From: Octopus sinensis
Taxonomy: Eukaryota
Assembly (NCBI RefSeq): GCF_006345805.1
Contig: NC_043021.1
Coordinates: 20,522,001 to 20,586,000 of the forward strand
DNA: 64,000 nt
Direction of reading: 5' to 3'
Part shown: one piece after another, positions 47,013 to 60,075 of the stretch
How the letters are laid out: each line of letters starts with the position of its first letter
Numbering within the stretch: the stretch's first letter is position 1
Translations under genes and position numbers: made by a program
Notes under the pieces: model-generated
Databases searched by the model: none
Told to the model about the DNA's origin: nothing
What the model saw: only the letters and a program-made list of their open reading frames with translations

Positions 47013-47221
47013 GATCTACAACCACCAATTAAAAGGGTATGCCTTTACTACTGTGAAAGATCTGCTGTTATCCATGGACCAATTAATGCTAAACTTAACC
47101 ACCAGACCCTTAGAAGAAACTTTGAAAGAAATGGGCTTTTCTGATCGCTTTATTGCAGAGCCTGTTACTGTGGCTGTCCGAACAAATTATGGCCAGACAG
47201 TCAATATTCAATCATTTGTTG
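47013..47221 (+). CDS. PCYOX1: Prenylcysteine oxidase 1-like, exon 4
   Basis: caaccag|G acceptor, G|gtgagt donor. IYNHQLKGYAFTTVKDLL...GFSDRFIAEPVTVAVRTNYGQTVNIQSFVG (the R.NYGQ motif of prenylcysteine lyases). Confidence 0.93.
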
Positions 47222-47299
47222 GTGAGTATTTAACACAGAAACCAACCAGGAAACTGTTCTATGATTGGCTTTGTTTTTCTTACTCTTCATTTTTTTAGT

Positions 47300-47673
47300 T
47301 GTTTCAGTCATTTGACTGCGGCCATGCTGGAACACCGCCTTTAGTCGAGCAAATAGACCCTGGGACTTATTCTTTGTAAGCCCAGTACTTATTCTATCGG
47401 TCTCTTTTGCCGAACCGCTAAGTGACAGGGACGTAAACACACCAGCATCGGTTGTCAAGCAATGCTAGGGGGACAAACACAGACACACAAACACATATAT
47501 ATATACATATATACGACAGGCTTCTTTCAGTTTCCGTCTACCAAATCCACTCACAAGGCTTTGGTCGGCCCGAGGCTATAGTAGAAGACACATGCCCAAA
47601 GTGCCATGCAATGGGACTGAACCCGGAACCATGTGGCTGGTAAGCAAGCTACTTACCACACAGCCACTCCTGC
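47300..47673 (-). mobile_element. SINE family A
   Basis: Full-length reverse-complement match. Confidence 0.85.
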
Positions 47674-48482
47674 ACCTTCATCTTTTTAGGGTTTTTTTCA
47701 AATTTTTAATGTTAACTCTTTTGACACCAAACAGCCTGAGGCTGCCCTTGGTCCCATGCCTTATACTTGTGGCTGTCCATATGTATCTATTGCTATGGGA
47801 TGCTGGTTGTTGGCTGTGCTGTGGTTGAATTGGTGAATGGAAATGTTTCTTGACTACAGGGGAAAAAATAACTTAAACAGCACCCACAAATATTTAATCC
47901 TCTAGCATTTAATCCGGCCGTATCTGGCTGAAATGTTCTACCTGTTTTATGTTAAAACTAACCAGATCCAACCACTCACACCTAGCCTACAATGTCATTC
48001 TAAAAATATTCCTGTGCCAGTGGTACGTAAAAAGCACCATCCAAATGTGGCCGATGCCAGTGCCGCTTTGACTGGCTTCCATGCCGGTGGCACGTAAAAA
48101 GCACCACCCGATCACGGCCGTTGCCAGCCTTGCCTGGCACCTGTGCCAGTGGCCCGTAAAAAGCACTCACTACACTCACGGAGTGGTTGGTGTTAGGAAG
48201 GGCATCCAGCTGTAGAGACTCTGCCGGATCAGACTGGAGCCTGGTGCAGCCTTCTGGCTTCCCAGACCCTGGTCAAACCGTCCAACCCATGCTAGCATGG
48301 GAAACGGATGTTAAACGATGATGATGATGTTACTGAAATCTTGACTCTATAAGACAATGTGTGATTAATTCAAAACAATGTGAATAAAGACTACGTTTGA
48401 CAAAGAAATCTGAATGCTGGAGGGTTAACTGAAATATTTATTACTAGACATAATAAAGATATTGGTTGTTGGTTATTTACAA

Positions 48483-48785
48483 CTAGCAGTATCGCCTGGC
48501 GTTGCTCGGGTTTGTAAGGGAAATAACTATATAAGCATTTTTAGAGAGTTATTTCCCTTATATAACCCGAGCAAAAATCATTAAAAATGTAGAAAAATGA
48601 TGGTAAATTTTTTTTTAAATCGTAGACTCATCGTAGACATGCGCTAATACCCAGAAGGGCTCAATATGAATCACGACTAGGAGATATCCGCTTTTGGTTA
48701 AACTGCACCGCAAAATGTGGGAGTAGTTAGGAATCTAAGTCGGAGTAGACAGATACACACACAACTTTAGTTTTATATATAAAGA
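48483..48785 (-). mobile_element. Non-autonomous Helitron, second copy
   Basis: Same sequence, with A|TC...CTAG|T boundaries. Confidence 0.75.
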
Positions 48786-49519
48786 TTAACATCATAAATA
48801 ATTACAGATTGGCAAAGAGATCCAGCTCTCTGAAATTACAGAGAGCTCTCTGTACAGCCACATGCTGTTGACCCAACATATATGAAATCAATGGTGCTCA
48901 CTTCCAGGCAACAGAGGTATTTGGTCAGCTACCTTAGGCTGTGTGTGTGGCATGAATGAAGGCACATGTCACTCAGCTGCCTCGACATTCTGTGAAGAGT
49001 TTAGGTGCCAAAACAGCCTTTTTATAGGGTACAAGAACATTCTAGAAAACAGCACATCATGGCTTGACGCTGCTTGGTTGCTTAATAGACCAATTGATAA
49101 ACTACTGCAGTTTCATCATTGTGCCTGACCAGTTATTTAGCGGTGAGGTTTCAAATCGCTGCTACATATTCTATAGTGCTGTTTAGCCTAAGTTACACCT
49201 GATCATTCAGACTCATGACCAAATATATTCTAGTTGTGACCACATTACCTTTTATATATCAAGGCTATATTATTCAATGTGACCATTTCTTTTAAGATGC
49301 TAATTTGAGAAAGGTATTTGGCTGCTATTTCTAGCAGGTCAAGCGACCACAGAGAGGCTCCTTCATTGGCTCTGTGTCTGTTGAAAATCATGAGTAGACC
49401 ATTATTGTCCCTTGGGGTAAGGACAAATTTATATTGGGGTACATTTAATTCCCACTGCCTCAGTGCCATGGATTATGTTTTATATTTTTTTTGTTTCCTT
49501 TGTTACCAATGCTCTTGCA

Positions 49520-50232
49520 CTTGCAACCCTCACTCACACAACACTCACTCACACAGCACTCACTCACACAACACTCACTCACTCATGTAACACTCACTCA
49601 TGTGATACTCATTCATGCAACACTCACTCACTTGAGCGACATTCACTCACCCACTTACTTGAATGACATTCATTCACTCGCTCATTTGAGCGACATTCAC
49701 TCACTCACTCGAACGACACTCACTCGAGCTACACTCACTCGAGCTACACTCACTCACACACTCGAACGACACTCACTCGAGCTACACTCACTCACTCACT
49801 CACTCGAACGACACTCACTCGAGCTACACTCACTCACTCGAACGACACTCACTCGAGCTACACTCACTCACTCACACACTCAGTGGTACGACACTCACTC
49901 GAGCTACACTCACTCACTCACACACTCGTACGACACTCGCGCACACACTCACTCGAGCGATACTCGCTCACGCAACATTCACTGACCCCACTCCAGGATT
50001 TTGTCAGATCCCCCCAGTCATTCACACTCACTCACGCAACGCTTGCTCAATCTTGGCAACACTTATACAACACTTACTCACTCCAACACAACACACACAT
50101 GCACTGCGTGCGTGTGCGCGTGTGTGCGTGCGTGTGCGCGTGTGTGCGTGCGTGTGCGCGTGTGTGCGTGCGTGTGCGCGTGTGTGCGTGCGTGTGCGCG
50201 TGTGTGCGTGCGTGTGCGCGTGTGTGCGCGCG
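49520..50232. repeat. Compound (CACT)n-derived low-complexity repeat followed by a GTGC/GCGT repeat
   Basis: ACTCACTCGAACGAC and ACTCACTCGAGCTAC modules, then (GTGCGTGCGTGTGCGCGTGT)n at 50104-50232. Confidence 0.85.
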
Positions 50233-50303
50233 CACAACACTCCAGCACATTTTTTTATCTTTTAACTTTGTAACATTTCTCAAACTATATTTTACCTTTA
50301 CAG

Positions 50304-51073
50304 GGTCTCTCGCACTGGCAGGCATGCAACCCGGTTTGTTTGCCATAAAGGGTGGAAACAAGCAGGTGTCCGAAAAACTATTAAAGGAGTCTAAAGCGAA
50401 TTTTATTCACGCCGAAGTAAAAAAAATCTCATTGTTAAAGGAACACGATTCCATACAATATGAATTATTCTATAAACCCCACAACTCGACCGAACAAAAT
50501 TCCATGCAAAACCATATATACGATATTGTCATAATTGCTATGCCACTCCATCAGGATAGCAAAGATATCAAATTTGAAGGGTTTATATCACCATTATCCT
50601 ATAGCCAACCTTTTTACAGAACTGTGGCCACATTCATTCAAGGAGAGGTGAACGCCTCATTTTTTGATTTTGATAAAGAAGGCGACCTGCCGAATACTAT
50701 TTTGATTAACGCAGAACCATACTTCATAAATTCCATTTCAAAGAGACGAAAGAACCTCTGGAAGGTGTTCTCCCGGGAACTGCTAACCGAAAGCGAGAAA
50801 AATCTGTTGTTCAAAAGCATTGAGAAAACGACCGTCTACAACTGGTTGGCCTACCCAGCTTACAGTTCTTCTCAGAAGTTACTTCCCTTTGTTCTACACG
50901 ACCAACTCTACTATGTGAATGCTATGGAAAGCGCTGCTTCCACGATCGAGACCAGTGTAATTGCGGCTAGAAACGTGGCACTGCTTGTCAAAAACCATTG
51001 GTTCAATCTCTTTGATTATATCGACGAAATACCAAATGAATCAGACGAAAATAAAATAAAAGGAGAATTGTAG
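50304..51073 (+). CDS. PCYOX1: Prenylcysteine oxidase 1-like, terminal exon 5
   Basis: ttaccttttacag|GG acceptor. SLALAG...AIKGGNKQV...WKVFSRE...WLAYP.Y...LHDQLYYVNAMESAASTIETSVIAARNVALL...KIKGEL*. Joined CDS is 1446 nt = 481 aa. Confidence 0.95.
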
Positions 51074-52593
51074 CCATTTTTTTCTCTTCATCTAGAAAGG
51101 CTGGTACTACCAGTCCTTATCTTTTTCACACTATTTTCTTGATTTTTTTTGATTTTTTTTAGAAACATCAAGGATCAGATTTAGGGTGAGAAGAAATGGC
51201 ATGCGAAAGTCCTTTCCTTCCCTTACCCAAATCTAGGTTCAGTTGAACTGATAATTGGTGCCTTTTGCTAATTCCTCTCTCTAAAAATGGATGGCGTTCT
51301 AGTCAGACATTGTATTAGGAAGAAAGGTTCCGCTACTGCTGTAAGATCGCTGAGAGCATTTGTCTGCGTTTCATCTGATATTTTTTTGTGATTTCAGTGA
51401 TATGATTATCACATAGTTGATATCTTCCTGCAATTTGTTAATGGTGATGTGTATAGTTATAGGTCTTGATTCATTTAACGATTCGTATGTCTTTAAAATA
51501 AACTGCCTTCCAAATATTACAGCTTGTTTGTCTGAGAAAAGAAGCTAGAAGGTGCTAGCTTCCAGATGTTATAACTTGTATTTATAAGGAAAATTTCTGG
51601 CTACTAGATACTTTGGTTTGTTTGTCTAACAAGAGAATCTGCCTTCCAAACATAATGTGTGTCTGTCTAAGAAAAGAGGCTAGCTAGCTTCCAAATATAG
51701 CTTGTATGTATAGGAAAAAGGCTGACTGGTAGATCTAGTGGTTTGTTTACCTAGCACAGGCACGAGCAACCTTTTCTCAAGGAGCAGACCACATGAGACA
51801 TGGCTTCACAGTGTAACAAAATTTTTATTTTTGTCTTTGGCCTGTGATATTTCATGTTTGCTTCTATTTAGAAATGAAAGGAAATCCCTACTAGTCCCTT
51901 TCTGGACATCAATGTTTTGAAACTGACCTATTTTCCATTACATTTCAAATAGTCAGTGATGAGTCGCTGAAGCAGAATTTTCTAGAAGTTTCAAGAACTT
52001 TCAAGACGTTTCTAAAAGTTTCAAGAATTTCTCGGACATTCTGGCAACATAGATCATCATCATCATCATCGTTTAACGTCCGCTTTCCATGCTAGCATGG
52101 GTTGGACGATTTTGACTGAGGGCTCGCAAACCAGATGGCTGCACCAGTATCCAATCTTCATCCGGCAGAGTTTCTACAGCTGGATGCCCTTCCTAATGCC
52201 AGGGATCATAAGCTTAACAGTTCAGTTTATTTCTAGCTGTCCAAGTGGAGACAAGTTTGAGGAAAGCAAATTGAAGAAAATATCAGCCATTTATCATAAT
52301 TTCCAAGGGTAGGCAAATAGGAAATAACATTTGCTACCTGTAGATAAAGATCATGTTACATAGTTTTATCAGGCATGTCGTGCTACTATTAAAAACTGAA
52401 GGCAATTTTCTTAGGCATGACATTCAGGAAGTCCCACTGGCCCTAGTTTTCTCATGACTGGTGTAGGAGCTGGTTCTTGAGGTTAGAGGCAAGAAGATAA
52501 AATCCATTTGTGTTTCAACATATCAATCTAATATAGGAATGGAGAGTAATCCACTGACACTGACTTCCAACTATTATATACATTATGTTCTAG

Positions 52594-53026
52594 GAGAGCT
52601 GGCAGAAACGTTAGCGCGTCGGGCGAAATGCTTAGTAATATTTTGTCTGCCATAATGTTCTGAGTTCAAATTCCGCCGAGGTCGACTTTGCCTTTCATCC
52701 TTTCGGGGTCGATAAATAAAGAGCCAGTTACACACTGGGGTCGATGTAATTGACTTAATCCCTTTGTTTGTCCCCTCTATGTTTAGCCCCTTGTGGGCAA
52801 TAAAGAAATAAGAAACATTAGCACGCCAAGCGAAATGCTTAGCGGTATTTCGTCTGCCATTACGTTCTGAGTTCAAATTCCACCAAGGTCGACTTTGCCT
52901 TTCATCCTTTCAGGGTTGATAAATAAAGTACCAGTTACGCACTGGGATCGATGTAATCGACTTAATCCCTTTGTCTGTCCTTGTTTGTCCCCTCTATGTT
53001 TAGCCCCTTGTGGGCAATAAAGAAAT
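52594..53026 (+). mobile_element. SINE family B dimer with one TSD
   Basis: Flanked by ATATACATTATGTTCTAG direct repeats (52576-52593 and 53027-53044). Confidence 0.82.
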
Positions 53027-53046
53027 ATATACATTATGTTCTAGAA

Positions 53047-53413
53047 CAGTGATTCCCAATGTGAGGCATACACCCTCTCACCAGTGGAGCCTGGGAAAAT
53101 TGTGATGGGGCATGAGATCCCCCAATTTTTTTTTTTTTTTTCAGTGGGACTTGGAATTGTAAAAATCTTTTTCTTACAGCAAACATATTACACCTCTATT
53201 CAGCTTAGCCAAGCCAATCCTTCCATTTAGGCAGCATAATATGTGAACTCTATAGAGCTATTCTAAAGCCTTGGTGTGGATATTTCTTCAAGGAAATTAT
53301 GTAATTATGAAATATTAAAAATAAAGTTGTTTTTTTTTCCAGCCACCAATGGGGCATACATTTTTCTGGAAAGTTATTGTGGGGCCTGGGAGAAAACAGT
53401 TTGGAAAACACTG
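53047..53413. mobile_element. hAT MITE, different family
   Basis: CAGTGATTCCCAA...TTGGAAAACACTG TIRs; TSD TTCTAGAA. Confidence 0.8.
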
Positions 53414-53909
53414 TTCTAGAATGTCTGTGACAATGACAATTCCACCATTGTATAAAAAATGAAATACCATTTTTTTTTTCTCACATCTATCATATAACAA
53501 GACTGCTGTCAAGAGAATCTTTGTATTGTTTAAAGATTTCATTTCAAAAACCTTCTTATAATTATTGAAGTGTTCATCAACAATAAATAAATAAATCTTC
53601 AAGATTTTGTGCTTTAAAGAAAAACCTTTATGAAAACCAGATATGAATTTTTTATGGTCTGCTTAGCTGTGTTCTTGCAAAATAGTTTAGAATTCCCTAT
53701 GTTAAGAGTAAAAGTAAGAGTTCCAGTGAAGAATGATATTTTAAAGATTGTATGGGAGGTAAGAGGGACTTTGGTATAGAATAGGAGAAATTAATGAATT
53801 ATCGTATGTTCATATGTGTGTGTATGACAGTTGTCATTTAGCCCCTGGTCTGCTCTGATCCGGTAGACATACAATTAAAGACATTCTGGCTGTGACCATC
53901 CTGAGTTTA

Positions 53910-55181
53910 TCAGGTTGTCCCATAAGTTCTGTCTGAATTTTAAATAAAGAAAAGTGATCAAATGTTATATTTAATTGAAATTTAATTATCAATGTACTTT
54001 CCCTGATTATCTATGACTTCCTTCCATCTATTTACAAGCTTTTTAATCCCATCAATGTAAAACTCTTTTGGTTTCAAACCGAAGAACTCTGAAATGTCAG
54101 TTTCGACCTCCTCCTGGCTTGCAAAAGTTATGTCCCCCAAATGATTCTGTAAACTACGAAACAAATAGTAGCCTGAAGGAGCAAGGTCAGAAGAATAAGG
54201 TGGATGAGGAATTTTTTCCCAACCAAGTTCTTCACTCTTCTGTGATGTGATCTTTGCAGTGTGGGGTTGCACATTGTCCTGATAAAACATCACTCTTTTT
54301 CGATTCACTAAAGCAGGTCTATTTTTCTTCAAAGCTTGGTTCAAACACTCTAATTGCTGACAGTAGAATTAAGCATTGATTGTTGCATTAGGTGGTAACA
54401 ATTCAAAGTGAATTACTCCTTTGCAATCCCACCAGATAGAGAGCAGAACCTTTTTTCCATGAAGTTCCCTTCTCGGTTGTGGTTGAGCTTTTACCCTTTT
54501 ACCAAGCCCCTGTTTACGACATTTAACATTTCAATAGAAGATCCATTTTTCATCACCAGTCACAAGTCTATCCAAAAAGGGTGAAATGAGTTTGTGAGAA
54601 TGGAGAGAAGAGCAGATGTCAACTCGGGATTTGTGATTGCTTTCGGACAATTCATGAGGCACCCATTTCCGAAGTTTAGGAACCTTTCCAAGTTGTTGAA
54701 GATGATGATGAACAGTTGTGTGGTTTGAACTAAGCTTTATTGATAATTCTTCAACTGATAATGCAGGATTTTCTTCAAGTAATGCCTCAAGGAGTTTATC
54801 ATCAAACTCAACTGGATGTCCTGTTCAATCTTCATCTTCAAGGCTGAAATCTTCATTTCTGAATTTTGCAAACCATCTTCTGCAAGTTCTTTCATTCAAG
54901 AAACTGAGTGTGTGTTTCGAGTCGCTTCTGCTGCAGAGTTTCCTTTTTTGTATTCATAAAGAATTATGTGCCTCAAATGCTCTTTGGATACTTCCATGTG
55001 ATAAAGGGTTTTAATCATAGAAATTTTAATTCTATTATTCTGTAAAATAATATTTAATTAGTTTAAATGTACACAAATGCATAAAAATAATCTTTAATTC
55101 CATTAGACATTCTAAAATACTATTAAATTTCATTCAATTTTAAAAAAGGTAAAATCGGACAGAACTTATGGGATGACCTGA
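53910..55181 (-). mobile_element. Full-length (1272 bp) inactive mariner
   Basis: TA|TCAGGTTGTCCCATAAGTTCTGTC...GACAGAACTTATGGGATGACCTGA|TA TIRs and TSD. Confidence 0.9.
53982..54997 (-). pseudogene. mariner D,D34D transposase pseudogene
   Basis: MEVSKEHLRHIILYEYKKG...WVPHEL...QDNVQPH...HPPYSSDLAPSGYYLF, with stops and frameshifts. Confidence 0.88.
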
Positions 55182-55897
55182 TATACGCATGTGTGTGTGC
55201 TCGCATGAATAAATAAATATACGTATATATATGTGTGTGTGCACGTGAAAGCATATGGCCTAGTAGTTATGGCTTGAACTCACAACTATAAGGTCATGGC
55301 CTGGACTGGGAGGTGCATTGTGTTTTGGAGCAAAGTACTTAGTTTCACATTGCTCCAGTCCACTCAGCTGTTAATGGGTAACCCTGCAACTGTGACAGAC
55401 AGGCCTGCTGTTCTGGAGAATTGTTGTCATATCGGTTATTTATGGAAACTGGGTGATCAGCCCTATGAGTTTCAGACCTCTACACCGTACTTACTATATA
55501 TGTATATGTGTGTGTGTGTGTGTGTGTGTGCAGGAGTTGCTGTGTGGTAAGAAGCTTGCTTCCCAAGCACATGATTTTGGGTTCAGTTCCACTGCGTGAC
55601 ACCTTGGGCAAGTATTCTGCTATAGCCTCAGGCTGACCAAAGCCTTATGAATGGATTTGGTTGATGGAAACTGAAAGAGCCTGTTGTATATGTACGTTTG
55701 TCTGTGTTTGTTTCTCTACTGTTGCTTGACAACCAATGTTGATGTGTTTATGTCTGTAACTTAGCAGTTCGGCAAAAGAGACCAAATGAATAAATACTAG
55801 GCTTACAAATAATAAGTCTTGGTGTTGATTTGTTTGACTAAAGGTGGTGCTCCAGCATGGCTGCAGTCAGATGATTAAAACAAATAAAAATAATATA

Positions 55898-56462
55898 CAG
55901 TAGTCCCTCGCCTTATCACGGTTTATTATTTAAGCTTAGTCAATTCCTCCGTGGTGTTGTTTTGCATTTATAATAAAATAAATCAGGAGTGGCTGTGGTA
56001 GGTAGCTTGTTTACCAACCACATGGTTCCGGGTTCAGTCTCACTGCGTGGCATCTTGGGCAAGTGTCTTCTGCTGTAACCCCGGGCCGACCAATGCCTTG
56101 TGAGTGGATTTGGTAGACAGAAACTGAAAGAAGCCTGTCGTATATATGTATATATATATGTGTGTGTGTGTTTGTCCCCCCGGAAATTCCTTGACAACCG
56201 ATGCTGGTGTGTTTACATCCCTGTCACTTAGTGGTTCGGCAAAAGAGACCGATAGAATAAGTACTGCGCTTACAAAGTATAAGTCCCGGGGTCGATTTGC
56301 TTGACTAAAGGCGGTGCTCCAGCATGGCCGTAGTCAAATGACTGAAACAAGTAAAAGAGTAAATTATAAAAACAATTTTAAAAAATATACATTACAGTAC
56401 TGTTTCTACTTCATGGGATTTTCACCTACTTTGGGGCGGTTTTGATAGTTGAGGGATTACTG
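55898..56462. mobile_element. Tigger/pogo-like MITE interrupted by a SINE
   Basis: TA|CAGTAGTCCCTCG...TGAGGGATTACTG|TA; SINE inserted at about 55985-56362. Confidence 0.6.
55985..56362 (+). mobile_element. SINE family A
   Basis: Near full-length; an older copy lies at about 55530-55890. Confidence 0.8.
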
Positions 56463-58299
56463 TATATCTATCTACATGAGTGAGTGAGTAGGGTAAACAT
56501 GCAGGGCACACATTTATTGAGTTACATGTATGAATTCAAATTCTGCTGAGGTCAACTTTGTCTTTCGTACTTTTGAGGTCGATAAAGTAAGTACCAGTTG
56601 TGTACTAGGGTCGATCTACTCGACTGCCACCCCCTTCCCCAAAAATTTCGGGCCTTGTTCCAAAGAGTAGATAAGACCAGGTCTCCACATGGGAGATAAC
56701 TTAATTTCCTCTCACCAGACAAGGAGCCCCGAAAAAAAAAGGGGGGTGGAGTGTTTCCCTGCTCGACTTAGCTAAGTATAAACAAAGAAAAAAGAAAGGA
56801 ATCTTTGATTTTCAAATTTATAACTTTCTAGTCTTTTACTTTTTCTTGGCTTTCACCTGTTTAAAATCTGATCATGTAAAATTTTCCAAATCGAACAGAT
56901 TTACTTAATAAAGCCTGTACACCCAAAGGTTACTTTTTATCCAACATCATGATTACATTCTTTTTTATCTAATATCAGAGGGGAACAGCCCTGCTTCTAA
57001 GTTTCTTTTCCTTTTTCCTGGCTTTTACCAGTTTCAACTCAGATTATGTAACATTTTAAAAATTGAATAGATCAGCGCTGCCCAGACTGGCCTCTGTGCC
57101 GGTGGCACGTAAAAAGCACCATCCGATCATGGCCATTTGCCAGCCTCGTCTGGCACCTGCGCAGGTGGCACGTAAAAAGCACCCACTACACTCACGGAGT
57201 GGTTGGCATTAGGAAGGGCATCCAGCTGTAGAAACACTGCCAGATCAGACTGGGCCTGGTGCAGCCTTCTGGCTTCCCAGAACCCAGTTGAACCGTCCAA
57301 CCCATGCTTGCAAGGAAAACGGACGTTAAACGATGATGATGATGATTACTCAATATAACCCCAGCCTCTACATCTTAAGGTTCCTTTTTATCCACCATCA
57401 AGGTCACAATCATCATCATCATCATTTAACGTCCGCTTTCTATGCTGGCATGGGTTGGACGGTTCAACTGGGGTCTGGGAAGCCAGGGGCTGCACCAGGC
57501 CCAGTCTGATCTGGCAATGTGTTTTTTTTTATTTAATATGAGAGGAAGACAGATCTGCTTCGAGGTTTCTTTTCCTTTTTCCTGTTCCTTTCTCATCTTG
57601 CAAGTTAATTGGTAACCTCACTAGTGCTAGTGGCATGTAAAAAGCATCCGATATACACCGCAAGGTGGTTGGTTCTATTAAGGGCATTTAGCTGTAGAAG
57701 CCATGCTAAAGCTGATATTGGAAGTAACTCTGGGGCTCTCCAAATCCTATTAAACCTGCCTGTCCACAGTGATATGGAAAACAGATCATCATCATCATCA
57801 TCGTTTAACGTCCGTTTTCCATGCTAGCATGGGTTGGACGGTTTGACCGGGGTCTGGGGAGCCAGGAGGCTGCACCAGGCTCCAGTCTGGTCTGGCAGTG
57901 TTTCTACAGCTGGATGCCCTTCCTAACGCCAACCACTTCATGAGTGTAGTGGGTGCTTTTTACATGCCACCAGCACAGGTGCCAGGGGAGGCTGGCAATG
58001 ACCACAATCGTGGTGGTTTTTATGTGCCACCGACATGGAAGCCAGTCAAGGCAGTGCTGATAATGTATGTGATCTTATAAATGCATTAATTAACCAGTTA
58101 TATTTTAGATACCTTTACAGGGTTTTTGAAGCAACTTGTATTGGTTTCAAATTTTGGCACAAGGCCAGCAATCTTAGGGGAGAGTGTAAGTTGATTACAT
58201 TGAACCCCCTCCCCCAATGCACAACTGGTATTTATTTTATCAATCCTGAAAGGATGAATGACAAAGTCAACCTTGGTGGAATCTGAACTCGAAATGTAA

Positions 58300-59540
58300 A
58301 TAATAATAATTATAATAAACATTGTGTACAGTGCTCAGGTGCACCACAACTCATCTAAAGTGCATATATAGTCAGGTGTAGTTTCGACGGATTTCGGAAA
58401 GCATGAGGGCCTTAAAGGATGCAGTGTCATGGCAGTCAACAACTGACGTAGGCAGTTTATTCCATGCTTCAGCAACTCTGAGCGTGAAGAAATGTTTCCG
58501 AAAGTCATGGGAGCTGTGCTGTTTTCTGACTTTGTAGGCATGTCCACGTGTGTTAGACACATGGAGATCAAAAAGGTGTTCAGTGTTGTTATTGGTGAGG
58601 TGGTTGACAACTTTGTGGGCGTTTACCAAGTCCGTCGCCAGACGCCGGAGCTTCAGTGAATCCATGCCCAGGGAAACAAAGCGCTCAGAATATGGTAGGT
58701 GTCTGATGGAGGGTATGCGTTTGTTTGCACGTCTCTGAACAGATTCCAGGAGGTCAATGTTCTGAGCAAGATAGGGGTTCCAAACTGATGATGCGAATTC
58801 CAAGTGTGGTCGTACCATAGCTGTATACAGTTTTAAATAGATGGCTGGAGAGCAGCTAACAAAAGTCTTGCTGAGTGATGCCAAGACACCCTCGGCCTTC
58901 TTGACAATTTTAGAGATATGCTTTGTCCAACGCAAATCACTGCTGACAGTGATGCCTAGGTCACGCTCGCATAAGGATTTATTGATATCAGTGTTGTGGA
59001 GGGAGTATGTGGACGCAGGGTTTTTTCTCCCAAAATGCATGGTGGTACACTTGTCCACAGCCAGTTTCAGTTGCCAGTCTGTGATCCATTGCTGCATTGT
59101 GTCCAGGTCTGATTGCAGGAAAGAGCTGTAGACAACAGGATCTGTCCTCTTGATTTCAAGGTACAGCTTGATGTCGTCTGCATATTTTAATACTGTGGCA
59201 TTCTTTAAATTTGCATCCATGTCATTAATGTATGCCACAAACAAGAGGGGACCAAGGACAGATCCCTGTGGTACACCCGATGACATCTCATATGGTGTAG
59301 AATGCTGTCCTAGAACTGTGACTACCTCCTTTCGGTTGAGAATGAAGGATTTCAACCAGTTAAAAAGGTCATCCCTCACACCCATTGCAGAGTTTCACCG
59401 AAAGCCTTAGCAAAGTCAAGGTAGACAACATCCACCCATGAGCCACTATCAGTGATCTGAGTAATGTCCTCAAGGAACTCGACAAGCTGATCACTGCAGC
59501 TGGAGTTAGGGACAAATCCATATTGTGATTGCCACTCAGC
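58300..59540 (-). mobile_element. 5'-truncated CR1-clade LINE with RT domain
   Basis: QYGF...YLDFAKAF, SGVPQGSVLGPLLF, YADD, VRPHLEFASSVWNP, WNKLP; frameshift or deletion near 59400; intact 337-aa C-terminal ORF 58372-59385. Confidence 0.92.
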
Positions 59541-59684
59541 TTTTCACCTGGTATGCTAATGATTTTGTCTGCTCACTGCCTTAAAAAGTAACTTTTATTG
59601 AAAGTATGTTTTTGTCTGATGATTTGAACCCTTTTTTTTTGTCATAGAAGACAACAAAATTTATATGCAAAATTTTACTTCCAG

Positions 59685-60075
59685 AAATTCTAAATGTTTT
59701 ATGTTCAAATTGTCTAAATTCGACCGCTCACACCTACCACATAATGTCAGTCTAACAAATATACTATCACAACATATCAGGCCCAAAAATTCCAAATGTT
59801 TTATGCTCAAATCAAACAGATTTGGCCTCTCACACCTACCACACATCAATCTAATAAATATACTATCACAACATTCAGACCTCAAAACTCTAAATGTTTT
59901 ATATTCAAATTGTCCAAATTCAACCTCTTACACCTACCACACATCTTCAGTCTAACAAATATGCTATCTTGACATATCAGGCCCAAAAATTCTAAATATT
60001 TTATGTTCAAATTGATTGAATTTGACCTCTCACAACCTAACCACACATCAGTCTAATAAATATGCTATCACAACA
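59685..60075. repeat. About 100-bp tandem repeat (4 copies) derived from a piggyBac-like MITE interior
   Basis: Units begin near 59685, 59788, 59886 and 59988 (AATTCTAAATGTTTTATGTTCAAA...CTCTCACACCTACCAC); the MITE end AAAGGGTT follows at about 60150. Confidence 0.75.

Noticed and set aside
49883-50303. N-terminal 140 aa of the 396-aa ORF
   Set aside because: Translation of microsatellite; the true exon starts at the acceptor at 50304, in phase with exon 4.
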